A DNA stretch of 64,000 bases from Candidatus Woesearchaeota archaeon (GCA_964355135.1 CAYHCG010000001.1:146138-210137), one strand, 5' to 3'. Positions 36,311 through 45,659 are shown, counted from the first letter of the stretch. The notes: a model not told the origin generated them from the sequence alone. Program-made: numbers and translations.

Positions 36311-36380
36311 ACAGAGAGATTTACTTAGTAAGGAAGTCAATTATAAATATATGTTTTCTAAATCAGAGGATAATTGAGAG

Positions 36381-36677
36381 TTAGTTATAAGCTGACTGGG
36401 CAGGTTCATTAAGAATTATGCTGAATTTTTCTCTTCCGCTAGGTACATGAAGAGTTCCTTCATACAATCTCCCAACCATGTCGCCAATGGATATGAATTT
36501 TCCGCGGGTAATTGTGCCCATGAACTCTTCTCCTCTAACAGGTATTTCTGCCTGATTTCTTTTGTGACCCATAAGAACTTGCATCTCTAAAAGGGACTTA
36601 TCATCTTCACTAAGACAGGCTACTGATTGTCCATAAATGATCCATTCTTCTTCTCTATTAACTAGGTAAGTGCGCAT
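36381..36677 (-). CDS. hypothetical small protein
   Basis: 98-aa ORF. No motif recognised. Confidence 0.4.
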   Translation of the reverse strand: MRTYLVNREEEWIIYGQSVACLSEDDKSLLEMQVLMGHKRNQAEIPVRGEEFMGTITRGKFISIGDMVGRLYEGTLHVPSGREKFSIILNEPAQSAYN

Positions 36678-36802
36678 TGAAAAGTTAATTTTTGATGTTT
36701 TTTAAAGCTTACTCTTCGAATATTGGGCTATAGTCTATATAAAAGGAAAAGGCTGATTATTACTATGAAAAATGTAAGGGGGTTACGAAAAAATTGTAAA
36801 AA

Positions 36803-37441
36803 ATGGTAAAAACAAGCGATAAAATAATACTAGCAGTGCTGGTTATTTTGCTAGTTGGAATCGGTTCTGTGTTTATAACTGCTTTTACTTCAAGTAATAA
36901 TGCAGAAAAAAGCAATATTGATCAGAATTCTGCAAAACAGCTGACTGCTGACGAAGCTAAAGCAATCGCTATAAGTGAATCTGCAAGCATGGATATTGGA
37001 GTTGTTACTGATGTTGAACTTGAAACTGAAAGCGGTACTCGAGTTTATTCTGTTGAATTCACTAAAGGTAGTGTTGAAACAGACATCAAAATAGATGCTA
37101 AAACTGGCGATATCCTTAAGGTAGAAAGCGATCTTGATGATGGTAGCGATGATATCGGAGATGACGAAGACGATAGTGAGGATGACGACGCTGATGAAGA
37201 AACAGTGGAAAGAACTACTGGAATGATCTCTGAACAAGAAGCAATTGATATTGCTAAAGCACAAGTGAATATGGCAGTCGTAGGTCAAATGACTGATGTA
37301 GAACTGGAAAACGAAGATGGCACTACGGTATATGCAGTAGAATTTACTAAAAATGGAATAGAAACTGATGTTAAACTCAATGCAAAAACCGGAGTAGTTA
37401 TTGAAGTTGAAAGTGATGAAGACGAAGAAGATGACGACTAA
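36803..37441 (+). CDS. membrane-anchored protein with two PepSY domains
   Basis: The unit A(K/I)AI....VTDVELE.E.GT.VY.VEFTK.G.ETD.K..AKTG....VESD occurs twice, separated by an acidic linker. An N-terminal TM segment is present. Confidence 0.7.
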   Translation: MVKTSDKIILAVLVILLVGIGSVFITAFTSSNNAEKSNIDQNSAKQLTADEAKAIAISESASMDIGVVTDVELETESGTRVYSVEFTKGSVETDIKIDAKTGDILKVESDLDDGSDDIGDDEDDSEDDDADEETVERTTGMISEQEAIDIAKAQVNMAVVGQMTDVELENEDGTTVYAVEFTKNGIETDVKLNAKTGVVIEVESDEDEEDDD

Positions 37442-37512
37442 CTAAATTTTTTTTATTTTTTGATTCGATTATTGGACTATAAACTTTAAAAGGGAAAGAT
37501 ATTGGTATTAAA

Positions 37513-37875
37513 ATGGAAAAGAAAGCAATATTGCTATTACTACTGACCCTTTTCTTATTTTCACAGATTTTTGTAGTTAGCGCGCAAATGGAAGATGGAG
37601 ATATTGGATTCTATGGACTGGAGCTAGAGAAACTCCTGGCATTTATTAATGGGTTTATTGCTCTAGCGCTGTTTATTTTTGCCTTTGTGGCATATCAAAG
37701 AACTGCTAGAAAGAGGCTTCTTTTTGTAAGCCTGGCATTCTTTCTATTTTCAGTTAAGAGCTTTTTAGTATCCTCTGAGATGTTCATAGCAGATATCTCC
37801 TGGATTGATCCTGTTGCAACTATTCTAGAATTTGCTGTTTTACTTAGCTTTTTTTATGGCTTGTTAAAAAAATGA
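37513..37875 (+). CDS. small membrane protein
   Basis: A signal/TM segment plus 3 hydrophobic segments. It lies 1 nt before the next gene. Confidence 0.55.
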   Translation: MEKKAILLLLLTLFLFSQIFVVSAQMEDGDIGFYGLELEKLLAFINGFIALALFIFAFVAYQRTARKRLLFVSLAFFLFSVKSFLVSSEMFIADISWIDPVATILEFAVLLSFFYGLLKK

Positions 37876-37876
37876 A

Positions 37877-38416
37877 ATGGCTTTCAAAAATATACAAAAG
37901 GAAAAAGTATTAGAACTAGAGTTAAGGAAAAGGATTTTTGATTTAGTTTGCGAATATGCAGGAATTCATTTAAGGGAATTAGAACGGAAAAGTGCTATTG
38001 CATATAGTACTTTAAAATATCACCTGCATTTCTTAACTAAACATGGCTTGATATTAGAAAAAAAGGGAAATGGGACTATACAGTATTATCCTGCGACTAT
38101 CAAGCCTGAAAACATAGAGATATTAGGACTATTGCGGCAGAAAAACATCAGGAGAATACTAGTATTTTTATTACATCATGATACTTGCACTATAAAAACG
38201 TTAGAGCAGTTTATGAAACTGGCCCCTTCAACAATCAGCTGGTACTTGAATGGTTTAATCAGAAAAGAGATAATAAAGAAAACAGGGCAAGGAAGTAAAG
38301 TTATTTACAAGCTCGCTTATGAAAAAGAGAAGTTGATGGGAGTGCTTATTACTTATCAGGAAAGCTTTATTGACAAACTTATAGATAAAACTGTAGAGAT
38401 GTGGGAACTGAGATAA
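37877..38416 (+). CDS. tandem winged-helix (ArsR-like) transcriptional regulator
   Basis: Two wHTH-like units: HLRELERKSAIAYSTLKYHLHFLTKHGLI and IKTLEQFMKLAPSTISWYLNGLIRKEII. Confidence 0.65.
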   Translation: MAFKNIQKEKVLELELRKRIFDLVCEYAGIHLRELERKSAIAYSTLKYHLHFLTKHGLILEKKGNGTIQYYPATIKPENIEILGLLRQKNIRRILVFLLHHDTCTIKTLEQFMKLAPSTISWYLNGLIRKEIIKKTGQGSKVIYKLAYEKEKLMGVLITYQESFIDKLIDKTVEMWELR

Positions 38417-38457
38417 TAAATCGTTAGAATTATAAAGTCTGGGGGGCTTGATATACT

Positions 38458-38850
38458 ATGCAGGCGACTGATCATAGATACTTTATGCAGGCGACTGATC
38501 GTCTAGGGGTAAGGGTCATTTACTCAGGTTCTAGGAAGGGAATTTATCGCCCAAAGGTTTTTATGAATTCTGTTATATGGATGATCTCGCAGAGATTAGA
38601 AAAAACTGGAAATTCGCCTGCTTATCTAATTAAAACAGATAATGCCGCAAAGACACCTTATGAGGCAGTTCTCTTTGAGGCAGGAATAGGTGTTAGTTAT
38701 GTTCGTATTGATGCAGAAAATTGCGCAGTAATCATGAAAGGAACAAGAAGAGATGATGTACTGGATGATCTTCTTCGACTTGTTTCTGACGAAATGCCTG
38801 ATCCAATGACCATGCACCGGCCTACAAAATCAAAAGTGCCTTTGATGTAA
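38458..38850 (+). CDS. hypothetical protein
   Basis: 130-aa ORF. The 5' end carries a 16-nt direct repeat that provides two in-frame ATGs. Confidence 0.45.
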   Translation: MQATDHRYFMQATDRLGVRVIYSGSRKGIYRPKVFMNSVIWMISQRLEKTGNSPAYLIKTDNAAKTPYEAVLFEAGIGVSYVRIDAENCAVIMKGTRRDDVLDDLLRLVSDEMPDPMTMHRPTKSKVPLM

Positions 38851-38921
38851 ATGGGGTTTCTTGCGGATAATATATGTTTTGCTATAAGAAATAATTTAAA
38901 GGCAGGACAGTGTGGAAGAAT

Positions 38922-39317
38922 ATGGCAAGAAAACAGATCCCTACAGAGATTTCAGAAAGAGATTTAGGCACATTAGTGGATGTGCATTTTCCTAGACCGG
39001 TACTCGAAGAAGAAATGAAAGCGCACATGTTAGCCTATTTGGGGCAGAGATTTAAAGATAACTCACAACATCTTCATTATAGCACTAGTGATGATAGGGT
39101 ATATGCAACTATTTCTCAGGCAAGTAAGGATATCGTTGCTTTGACTTCACAGCTGAGGGAAAACGATTTGCAGATACTAGTTTATGATTCTATGAGGTTT
39201 AACATGAAGAGAGATGAGAAAGCTGTTAGCGCCATGCGAGACATGGGAAAGTATGTACGAGAATATTTTGATGCGTTTAATAGAGTTGGAAATATAAGAA
39301 AACCTACTAAGAATTAA
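38922..39317 (+). CDS. hypothetical protein (paralog of 8182-8607)
   Basis: ATG at 38922 is preferred over the GTG at 38910 because a TATA-like AATTTAAAGG lies about 25 nt upstream. It shares the HFPRPVLEEEM motif. Confidence 0.5.
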   Translation: MARKQIPTEISERDLGTLVDVHFPRPVLEEEMKAHMLAYLGQRFKDNSQHLHYSTSDDRVYATISQASKDIVALTSQLRENDLQILVYDSMRFNMKRDEKAVSAMRDMGKYVREYFDAFNRVGNIRKPTKN

Positions 39318-39324
39318 ACAGATA

Positions 39325-39804
39325 CTATTTTCCAACAATACCTTCAAAACGGTCTCTTAAATAACCGTCTCTATCTGTCTGCGATTGCTGTGAAAGAAGA
39401 TAACGTCTCCACGCAGCGCCTTCATGAGCGACAACGCCCAGCTCCCAGCAGCAGAAGGAACCTACTTCTTCTACCTTCTTTCGGACGAATTCTATATCGC
39501 CTGGTGCTTGGTCATCAAATTCATAAATAGTCTGATTAAGCAATGAAGGGAACTGCCCTCCCCAAAGGCTCAAATTAGCTACGCCTCGAGAAACAATTAG
39601 AAATCCCAGACCGAGGCGATTATCTATATTTCCCTGAACTATTTCACTTATTACGTGATTTCCAGCCATACCGTATTGATGCGCATCTAGTCGTTCGCTT
39701 CCCACAGAGTTCATACTGTAAACTTTAAGATCGACTATACCTTTCGCGCCCATCATTTGATGAGGAGTTATTATATGCGGTTTTGGAACATAAGTTTCTG
39801 TCAT
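39325..39804 (-). CDS. hypothetical protein
   Basis: 159-aa ORF that looks comparatively G+C-rich. No motif recognised. Confidence 0.5.
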   Translation of the reverse strand: MTETYVPKPHIITPHQMMGAKGIVDLKVYSMNSVGSERLDAHQYGMAGNHVISEIVQGNIDNRLGLGFLIVSRGVANLSLWGGQFPSLLNQTIYEFDDQAPGDIEFVRKKVEEVGSFCCWELGVVAHEGAAWRRYLLSQQSQTDRDGYLRDRFEGIVGK

Positions 39805-39904
39805 ATAAGTTTCATTAATGAACTCCTTTTAAATTTTATCATTTCGTGGAGGAACCGCAAGGTTTAAATAAATAATTCTGCTTTTTTAATAAAGAGAGTG
39901 TGAA

Positions 39905-40192
39905 ATGGATTCTATAGTGCTAGCAGGTATGTTGGGCGGAATTGGAGGCCTAACAAGAGGAGTTGTTGGACTGCTAAAAGCTTTATCTTTACGAAGAAAG
40001 ATATTATGGGGATACTATTCGGTTACCGTTTTAATTGCCATAATTGTTGGAATTTTTGTCGGAGTAATATTTAATTTTGATCCTAAATTGTCTTTACTTG
40101 CAGGCTATGCAGGAACTGATATCATAGAAGGGATATACAAGTCTTTCTCCGTGCAGAAAGTTTACATTGCTCCTGCGAAGGGAAAGAAATAA
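39905..40192 (+). CDS. small membrane protein
   Basis: Three hydrophobic segments. Its stop overlaps the next start (ATAATG). Confidence 0.5.
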   Translation: MDSIVLAGMLGGIGGLTRGVVGLLKALSLRRKILWGYYSVTVLIAIIVGIFVGVIFNFDPKLSLLAGYAGTDIIEGIYKSFSVQKVYIAPAKGKK

Positions 40193-40548
40193 TGGCCGCG
40201 GATGAAAAACTCATAAAGTTTATTGTTGAAGCGCGAAAGCGAGGTTTTTCTGATCCTGATATAAAAAAGCCACTCCTAGAGAAAGGCTGGCCTGAGCGGG
40301 AAGTTGACAAAGGGTTTAATGCTCTAAAGGAAGAACCTCATATCAATGTTGAACTTACTTTGCCTGAAAGTGTTGTTAAAATAATTAGAAAGAGGGCAAA
40401 GAAGAATGTACTGTCTTTAGAAGAACAAATTGAAGATATAATAAGAAGGTCTGCTGTAAATGCTAAAAACAAACACGCAGTTGGTCCTGAAAAGATAGAT
40501 GATTTGTTAGTTTCTATATTTTCTAGAAGAAAGCGAAAAAGTAAATGA
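40192..40548 (+). CDS. hypothetical protein
   Basis: 118 aa with a basic C-terminus. Confidence 0.45.
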   Translation: MAADEKLIKFIVEARKRGFSDPDIKKPLLEKGWPEREVDKGFNALKEEPHINVELTLPESVVKIIRKRAKKNVLSLEEQIEDIIRRSAVNAKNKHAVGPEKIDDLLVSIFSRRKRKSK

Positions 40549-40560
40549 TTTTAGAGATAA

Positions 40561-40815
40561 TTAATCCCTAGGGGCATCATTCTCTACTGATTCATAAAAA
40601 GTTCTTCTATCTATGGGAGGAAGTAGTGAGCCAGGCCTCACTAAAGTATATTTGAATCTTGCGGGGGTAGGAAAGATTGGCTTAAATGCTTCCCATCTAG
40701 GTGAAGTAGGCACATCATTGATTCTTGCAGATATTTCATTATATGCGCGCAATTCAAAGGGTTCTCTGTGAGAGACAATTCTTGAGTATTGCCCAGCTCT
40801 TGGTCTAATGCCCAT
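40561..40815 (-). CDS. hypothetical small protein
   Basis: 84-aa Pro/Arg-rich ORF. Confidence 0.35.
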   Translation of the reverse strand: MGIRPRAGQYSRIVSHREPFELRAYNEISARINDVPTSPRWEAFKPIFPTPARFKYTLVRPGSLLPPIDRRTFYESVENDAPRD

Positions 40816-40889
40816 TTATTAAAAAAGATATTTGGGTTTTTAAAGTTTATTAAGATAATTTTTAAATACCTTATTAAAATAAAAAAGAA

Positions 40890-41294
40890 ATGTTAAGAAG
40901 AAAGTTGATGGGGTATGCGGCTGTTTCACTCGTGGGCCTTGCAACTTGTTCGATAAATAATAGAGATATTTCTACGCCAGTTTCCCCTCATTTTGTGCAG
41001 AAAGATGAAGAAACTTTGTTTAGGGAGAGGATGCAGAAGTACGATTGGCTTTTAGATAGGGCTTATGAAGAAAGAGTTGTCGATGAGAGTCAAATGATTT
41101 TCTACGCAGCTTGTTTATATGATGCAAGAACTTACAGAGGCGAGCTTAAGGATAGGAAGAGGCTTATGGATACGTTGGAAACGTGGATGGATGATCATTA
41201 CGCAGCTAATGGTTCTTTCTGTAAAACACAGAAAGAAGGGCCTTTAGAACAGATAAAGAGAGATTTCTTTATGACGACGGAAGATAATGAATAG
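40890..41294 (+). CDS. hypothetical protein with a signal/lipobox-like N-terminus
   Basis: AAVSLVGLATCS resembles a lipobox-like motif. Confidence 0.45.
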   Translation: MLRRKLMGYAAVSLVGLATCSINNRDISTPVSPHFVQKDEETLFRERMQKYDWLLDRAYEERVVDESQMIFYAACLYDARTYRGELKDRKRLMDTLETWMDDHYAANGSFCKTQKEGPLEQIKRDFFMTTEDNE

Positions 41295-41344
41295 TGTGCG
41301 ACTCAAATATGTAATGTGTTAGAAAGTGCTAATTAATAATTTTT

Positions 41345-41563
41345 TTATGTTCTTCCATTAGGAAGAAGATAATCTAGAGGGCAGGTGTCTAATGCTTCAT
41401 AAGGACATTCTACAGAACAGCCCACACAATAAATTGCCTTTGAGCAGAATCTTGCCATCTTTTCAGCCCTTGAACGGAGTAGAGTTTCATCTCTTGGTAC
41501 ACTCCTTTGATTAATAGAATTGCCTGCGGTTTCAATAGAGGAAAGCGAATCTAAACTTGCCAT
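41345..41563 (-). CDS. small four-cysteine-motif protein
   Basis: RFCSKAIYCVGCSVECPY (C-x5-YC-x2-C-x3-C). Confidence 0.45.
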   Translation of the reverse strand: MASLDSLSSIETAGNSINQRSVPRDETLLRSRAEKMARFCSKAIYCVGCSVECPYEALDTCPLDYLLPNGRT

Positions 41564-41631
41564 TTTATAGATATGGTAAAACAGCCGAGGATTTAAACAT
41601 TACTGTAATGAAAATGGATCGCAACCCTTTA

Positions 41632-41856
41632 TTATCTGCTGACCATTGATTTGTAATGGCAGACTTCCTGGCATTTTCCACAATATCTTGGGGCGTATCT
41701 GTCACAGAATCTGGTTAAACCTGTTGTTGGTTGTGGCAAGGGAATAGTTTGATCATATATTTCTCTTGGTTGTGGTAAATGGGCTTTTCTAGAATCTTGA
41801 TTTGCGGATAGGATAACACTTTCACTCATTTGAGCCAAAGTTTGTTGTCTGCTCAT
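41632..41856 (-). CDS. small four-cysteine-motif protein (paralog of 41345-41563)
   Basis: RFCDRYAPRYCGKCQEVCHY. ATG at 41856 is preferred over the TTG at 41871, with TATA-like CTTTATAAATC about 25 nt upstream. Confidence 0.45.
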   Translation of the reverse strand: MSRQQTLAQMSESVILSANQDSRKAHLPQPREIYDQTIPLPQPTTGLTRFCDRYAPRYCGKCQEVCHYKSMVSR

Positions 41857-41902
41857 AATAGGTATAAACAATTATGATTTATAAAGATTACGATTGTTAA
41901 GC

Positions 41903-41924
41903 ATTGTTGCACGATTGCAACAAT
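41903..41924. promoter_or_regulatory. perfect palindrome ATTGTTGCA-CGAT-TGCAACAAT
   Basis: 9-bp arms read directly. The palindrome lies about 20 nt upstream of the putative TATA box of 41632-41856. Confidence 0.35.
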
Positions 41925-42037
41925 ATCGACGGGATCAAAAAAACCATTAATTTAACACATCGACGATAAAAAAATAATCGTACAACACCGCTGTTTATTA
42001 CACTACTTGTTTAAGAAAACTAATAAGATTTTGAAAT

Positions 42038-42352
42038 TTATACAATTCTACCTTGAGTGTAATGAGTAATTCTAACGTATGCAGTACGGGAACCAGAAAC
42101 ATTTTGCACAAAACCAACACAAGAATCAATAGAATTATTGGGCCCCGGTATGTTTTGTATGTAACATCTTTGACCATAAATCAATCCCGTTTCCATTGAT
42201 GGTCCTCTTTCGATGGGCTGTAAAGCAACAGTTGAACCTGGTCTTATTGCGCTACCGTTCAATTTATATCTTCCTGCAGAAAGGTCAACATGAAAAACTG
42301 GACTTGGTACATGAATTTGTGCTTGCTTATCTCCCTTAGATTTTTGCTTCAT
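42038..42352 (-). CDS. hypothetical protein
   Basis: The internal ATG at 42352 (MKQKSKGD...) avoids overlap with the nuclease gene. The track start is 42475. Confidence 0.45.
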   Translation of the reverse strand: MKQKSKGDKQAQIHVPSPVFHVDLSAGRYKLNGSAIRPGSTVALQPIERGPSMETGLIYGQRCYIQNIPGPNNSIDSCVGFVQNVSGSRTAYVRITHYTQGRIV

Positions 42353-42410
42353 TGTAAATAATAATAATAGATTATCACTTAAATGATTTTTAAACTTTTC
42401 GTTTGATAAA

Positions 42411-42875
42411 TTAATTTGCGATAGTATCGCATAATCTTGTGTTATTTCCGTAAGGAAATACCTTGCCGAAACCATATTTGACTATTTCTTGGTTAACAAA
42501 TACTTCTGTGCCTGACTGATTAACGTAAACATATCTAAGAAGACGACCGTAACTGTCTTTGTCATCAATGTCTGCTTCTAGACGGACTTCACGATCTAAT
42601 ACTAATGATTCGAGGAATAATTTTGCAGAAGTGTAACCCTCTTGATTTTCTTCAGGAGTGTCTACGCAGATTAAACGGATGATTTCTCCGTTTTGCAAAA
42701 CGAATGTATCTCCATCTATTACTCTTGTGCCTGTAAGCTCAGAAGGAATTTCTATACTTTCATTAAACTGCTGAGTTGGATAATACTTTATTATTTGCAT
42801 AGAAACGTAGACTGTGGAAACTAGAATAAGTAGTGAAAGAAAAATTACGAGTATATTTAGATGCTTGAAATTCAT
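42411..42875 (-). CDS. secreted or membrane-anchored thermonuclease (staphylococcal nuclease, SNase-like)
   Basis: VIDGDTFVL...IRLICVDTPE...YGRLLRYVYV...VNQEIVKYGFG, with an N-terminal hydrophobic segment. Confidence 0.8.
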   Translation of the reverse strand: MNFKHLNILVIFLSLLILVSTVYVSMQIIKYYPTQQFNESIEIPSELTGTRVIDGDTFVLQNGEIIRLICVDTPEENQEGYTSAKLFLESLVLDREVRLEADIDDKDSYGRLLRYVYVNQSGTEVFVNQEIVKYGFGKVFPYGNNTRLCDTIAN

Positions 42876-43231
42876 ATAGTAAAATAACTAAATGTAATTA
42901 AATAACTTACTACTTAACAAATAATGGTATGTTGTGCACTTAGAAATAATCCCTATAAGCAAGGAAGGGTTTTGCATGAAAGCGATAACTTTTTTGTCTG
43001 CGCTACACTCGGGCATATAGGAATGAAAAAACTAGACTCAGGGCACTACTGTATTGAATGATTGTATGTAACTATATAAGGATAAACGAGAGTATTTTGG
43101 TTATATTCGACATAATTTTACCACTGCGTGTTAATAAACGATATTTATATAGAAGAGGGTTTTAACACTGTTATAAAAATCCAAAAAGATTTGAACATTT
43201 GATAAGAAATCGTCAAATATTAAGAGAGGAC

Positions 43232-44071
43232 ATGAAATCAAAAATAACATCAGGAATAATAAGCATTTTAGTTATTGTATTACTCGTAACTATGGGTCCT
43301 GCTGATGCCCTTGTTTTGAATATGGCTGTTACCGATAGTTCTCCTTTTGTTGGTGAAATTATCCATTTTGATGTTTCTGCTGAAGTTGAAGATGGCGACC
43401 AAGTACAGGAAGATGACTATCTTATACTTGAGTTGGATGGACCTCAAGTGACTACATGTAAATTCTCACTTAAGGGAGAGGCACTGTCATCATGCCCTGG
43501 AATCAATATAACTTTACTTCACTCCCCTGATATTGGATACGGATATGGGTATGGTGTTGAGTCGGGAGTATTCAAATATGATATTTCTTTAGATACTGAT
43601 TTCTACAAGCCCTGGTTATATCATACTAAATTAATTCTAGTAACTGATACAGAAACTTTTGAGAAAGCTGGGCCTGATATAACTATTACAAGAAGAGCTG
43701 TGAATATGGTAGGATGTTCTGTTAGATCAGATGACGGAGACTTTACGTTTGGAGATATGACTTTTGATGAGGGATCAAGAGTTAACTTCAATATACCTAT
43801 AAGAAACTCTGCAAATGGTGGACAGGGACACTTGATATCACAAACAAGAAGAGGTAGATTCTCTTACAAGTTTGACTTCATAAAAGTCTTGGATAGTAAT
43901 AGTGACGAAGCTACATTGCTTGTCTCTGGAACTTATAGAAGCGGACCTGGTAGCAGGACAGATGCTACTGCAATACTTGTTTTAGATAAAGATGATAAGA
44001 GCGTGGATATATTCTCTGAAGACTTTACTCTTGATGATAGTGAAGTAAGGTTTATGCGCGGATGCAATTAG
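43232..44071 (+). CDS. secreted or anchored protein of unknown function
   Basis: ATG at 43232 after a GAGAGGA sequence. The signal/TM segment is ITSGIISILVIVLLVTMGPADA. Confidence 0.6.
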   Translation: MKSKITSGIISILVIVLLVTMGPADALVLNMAVTDSSPFVGEIIHFDVSAEVEDGDQVQEDDYLILELDGPQVTTCKFSLKGEALSSCPGINITLLHSPDIGYGYGYGVESGVFKYDISLDTDFYKPWLYHTKLILVTDTETFEKAGPDITITRRAVNMVGCSVRSDDGDFTFGDMTFDEGSRVNFNIPIRNSANGGQGHLISQTRRGRFSYKFDFIKVLDSNSDEATLLVSGTYRSGPGSRTDATAILVLDKDDKSVDIFSEDFTLDDSEVRFMRGCN

Positions 44072-44125
44072 ATCTGTATTCTAGAGAGACATAATGCTTT
44101 TTAACGGAATTTGTCAATTATAATT

Positions 44126-44449
44126 ATGAAGATTGTTGATGAAATTAAGAGAGAAGAGAGAGCTAGGAAACGCTATGATGGAGCAGTCACTTTAGCTGAC
44201 GAGATTTTTGGAAGAGAAAGAGTTTTAGCTCAAAAAAGAGATTTTAATAGTTCAGACCCTTATGATACAATATATGTTGATAAAGTTGAGGAAGGAGGGA
44301 TTATTCAGTATGGAATTGAAATTTGTGTGAGAAAACCTGAAATTAAAGTATACAACGAGTCCACATTCTCTGAAGCTCGGAGATTTGGCGAAAGACTTGA
44401 GAGAGCATTTGAGGAAGAAATTACCTTAAGACATAATTATATGAGATAG
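44126..44449 (+). CDS. hypothetical protein
   Basis: ATG at 44126 is preferred over the TTG at 44111. Confidence 0.45.
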   Translation: MKIVDEIKREERARKRYDGAVTLADEIFGRERVLAQKRDFNSSDPYDTIYVDKVEEGGIIQYGIEICVRKPEIKVYNESTFSEARRFGERLERAFEEEITLRHNYMR

Positions 44450-44513
44450 AAATCTTAGACTTATTTAACTATTATAGACAATATTTATAAAGCGATGCTT
44501 GTGCCCCTTTATT

Positions 44514-44930
44514 ATGAGATTATTATTTATTTGTAAGGGGAACGTAGGAAGAAGCCAGATGGCTGAAGCTTTTTTTAAAGACTATGAAACAGAACACGAG
44601 GCGAGAAGCGCAGGGACTCAAGTAAGTAAAGAGGGGGAAACGATAGGAGAAGAAGAGAAAGCTAGATTTGTTTGGGAGGCGATGGATAAAGAAGGAATTG
44701 ACGTTAGAAGTTATCGAAGAAAACAACTTACTCCTCCAATGGTGGATTGGGCCGATAAAGTGATTGTTATTACGGAAAGAGAATCTTGGCCCGACTATTT
44801 ATTGACAAGTCCTAAATCAATTTATTGGGATATTACTGATCCAAAAGGAACTGATTATAATACTCATGTAAGAATTAGAGAAGAGGTCAAAAATCGTGTT
44901 AAGGGACTGATAGAAATATTAAAGCTATGA
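44514..44930 (+). CDS. low-molecular-weight phosphotyrosine phosphatase / ArsC-type arsenate reductase family
   Basis: LLFICKGNVGRSQMAEAFF contains the C-x5-R-S P-loop, with a downstream DITDP. Confidence 0.8.
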   Translation: MRLLFICKGNVGRSQMAEAFFKDYETEHEARSAGTQVSKEGETIGEEEKARFVWEAMDKEGIDVRSYRRKQLTPPMVDWADKVIVITERESWPDYLLTSPKSIYWDITDPKGTDYNTHVRIREEVKNRVKGLIEILKL

Positions 44931-44995
44931 CCTCTTAGAAACCTTTTTAATTATCTTTAATTAAATAGTGGCATGGCGGATACTTCTAAATTTGA

Positions 44996-45568
44996 TTAAT
45001 TTTCTATGACTATTACTCTCTGGAAAGGCAAAGGCAATTGATTAGTGCTATAAGTGTATGAATAACCTGCAATTGGTAAAAATCTCTTAAATGCTTCATG
45101 AGCATAATCTCTTTCTTTATCTAAAAAACGAAGAGTTTCATTTTGGATAACATCTTCTATATCGAGAGAGCCTATTCCTCCTTGGGTCCTGTAATAGATA
45201 TGGCACATTTCATGAATTAAAGCCTCTTTTTGCTTTTCGCTAGTGGGGCACTGACGTACGTTTATCCCCATGCTGTATAATGGAATATCATCACAAAGAC
45301 CATCGAAGTAGGCATAACCTTCCTGAAGTGATTTTTTTGAGTCATATGTGTAGACGCGTACAAATTTACCAACTAATTCTAAACAGGCCGGAGTTAACGG
45401 ATCTTGTTCCATAAGCCCTTTTAACGCATCTTGACTTGGGACAGGTATCCAGAATGTCTCACGTGGAGATGATTTTTCTTGAGATAAGAGAGGAAGCCTT
45501 AGTCTTTTCCAGAAACCTCTTTCTTCTTCTATATATTTTCTATCTCTAATCCAATCGCTATAACTCAT
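44996..45568 (-). CDS. hypothetical protein with an HExxH motif (possible zinc metallopeptidase)
   Basis: EALIHEMCHIYY. Confidence 0.4.
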   Translation of the reverse strand: MSYSDWIRDRKYIEEERGFWKRLRLPLLSQEKSSPRETFWIPVPSQDALKGLMEQDPLTPACLELVGKFVRVYTYDSKKSLQEGYAYFDGLCDDIPLYSMGINVRQCPTSEKQKEALIHEMCHIYYRTQGGIGSLDIEDVIQNETLRFLDKERDYAHEAFKRFLPIAGYSYTYSTNQLPLPFQRVIVIEN

Positions 45569-45659
45569 AATGATGCGCCTAATTTAGACTATTAAAATTT
45601 TTGCAAAAAAGTAATTGTGGGGCAAAATAGTTTATAAATTAGAAATTATTTGTTAAACT

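Noticed and set aside
42353-42475. Long N-terminal extension of ORF 42038-42475 overlapping the SNase gene by 65 nt
   Set aside because: The internal ATG at 42352 removes the overlap, and the extension is encoded antisense-free but inside the nuclease 3' end with no support. The evidence is weak either way.
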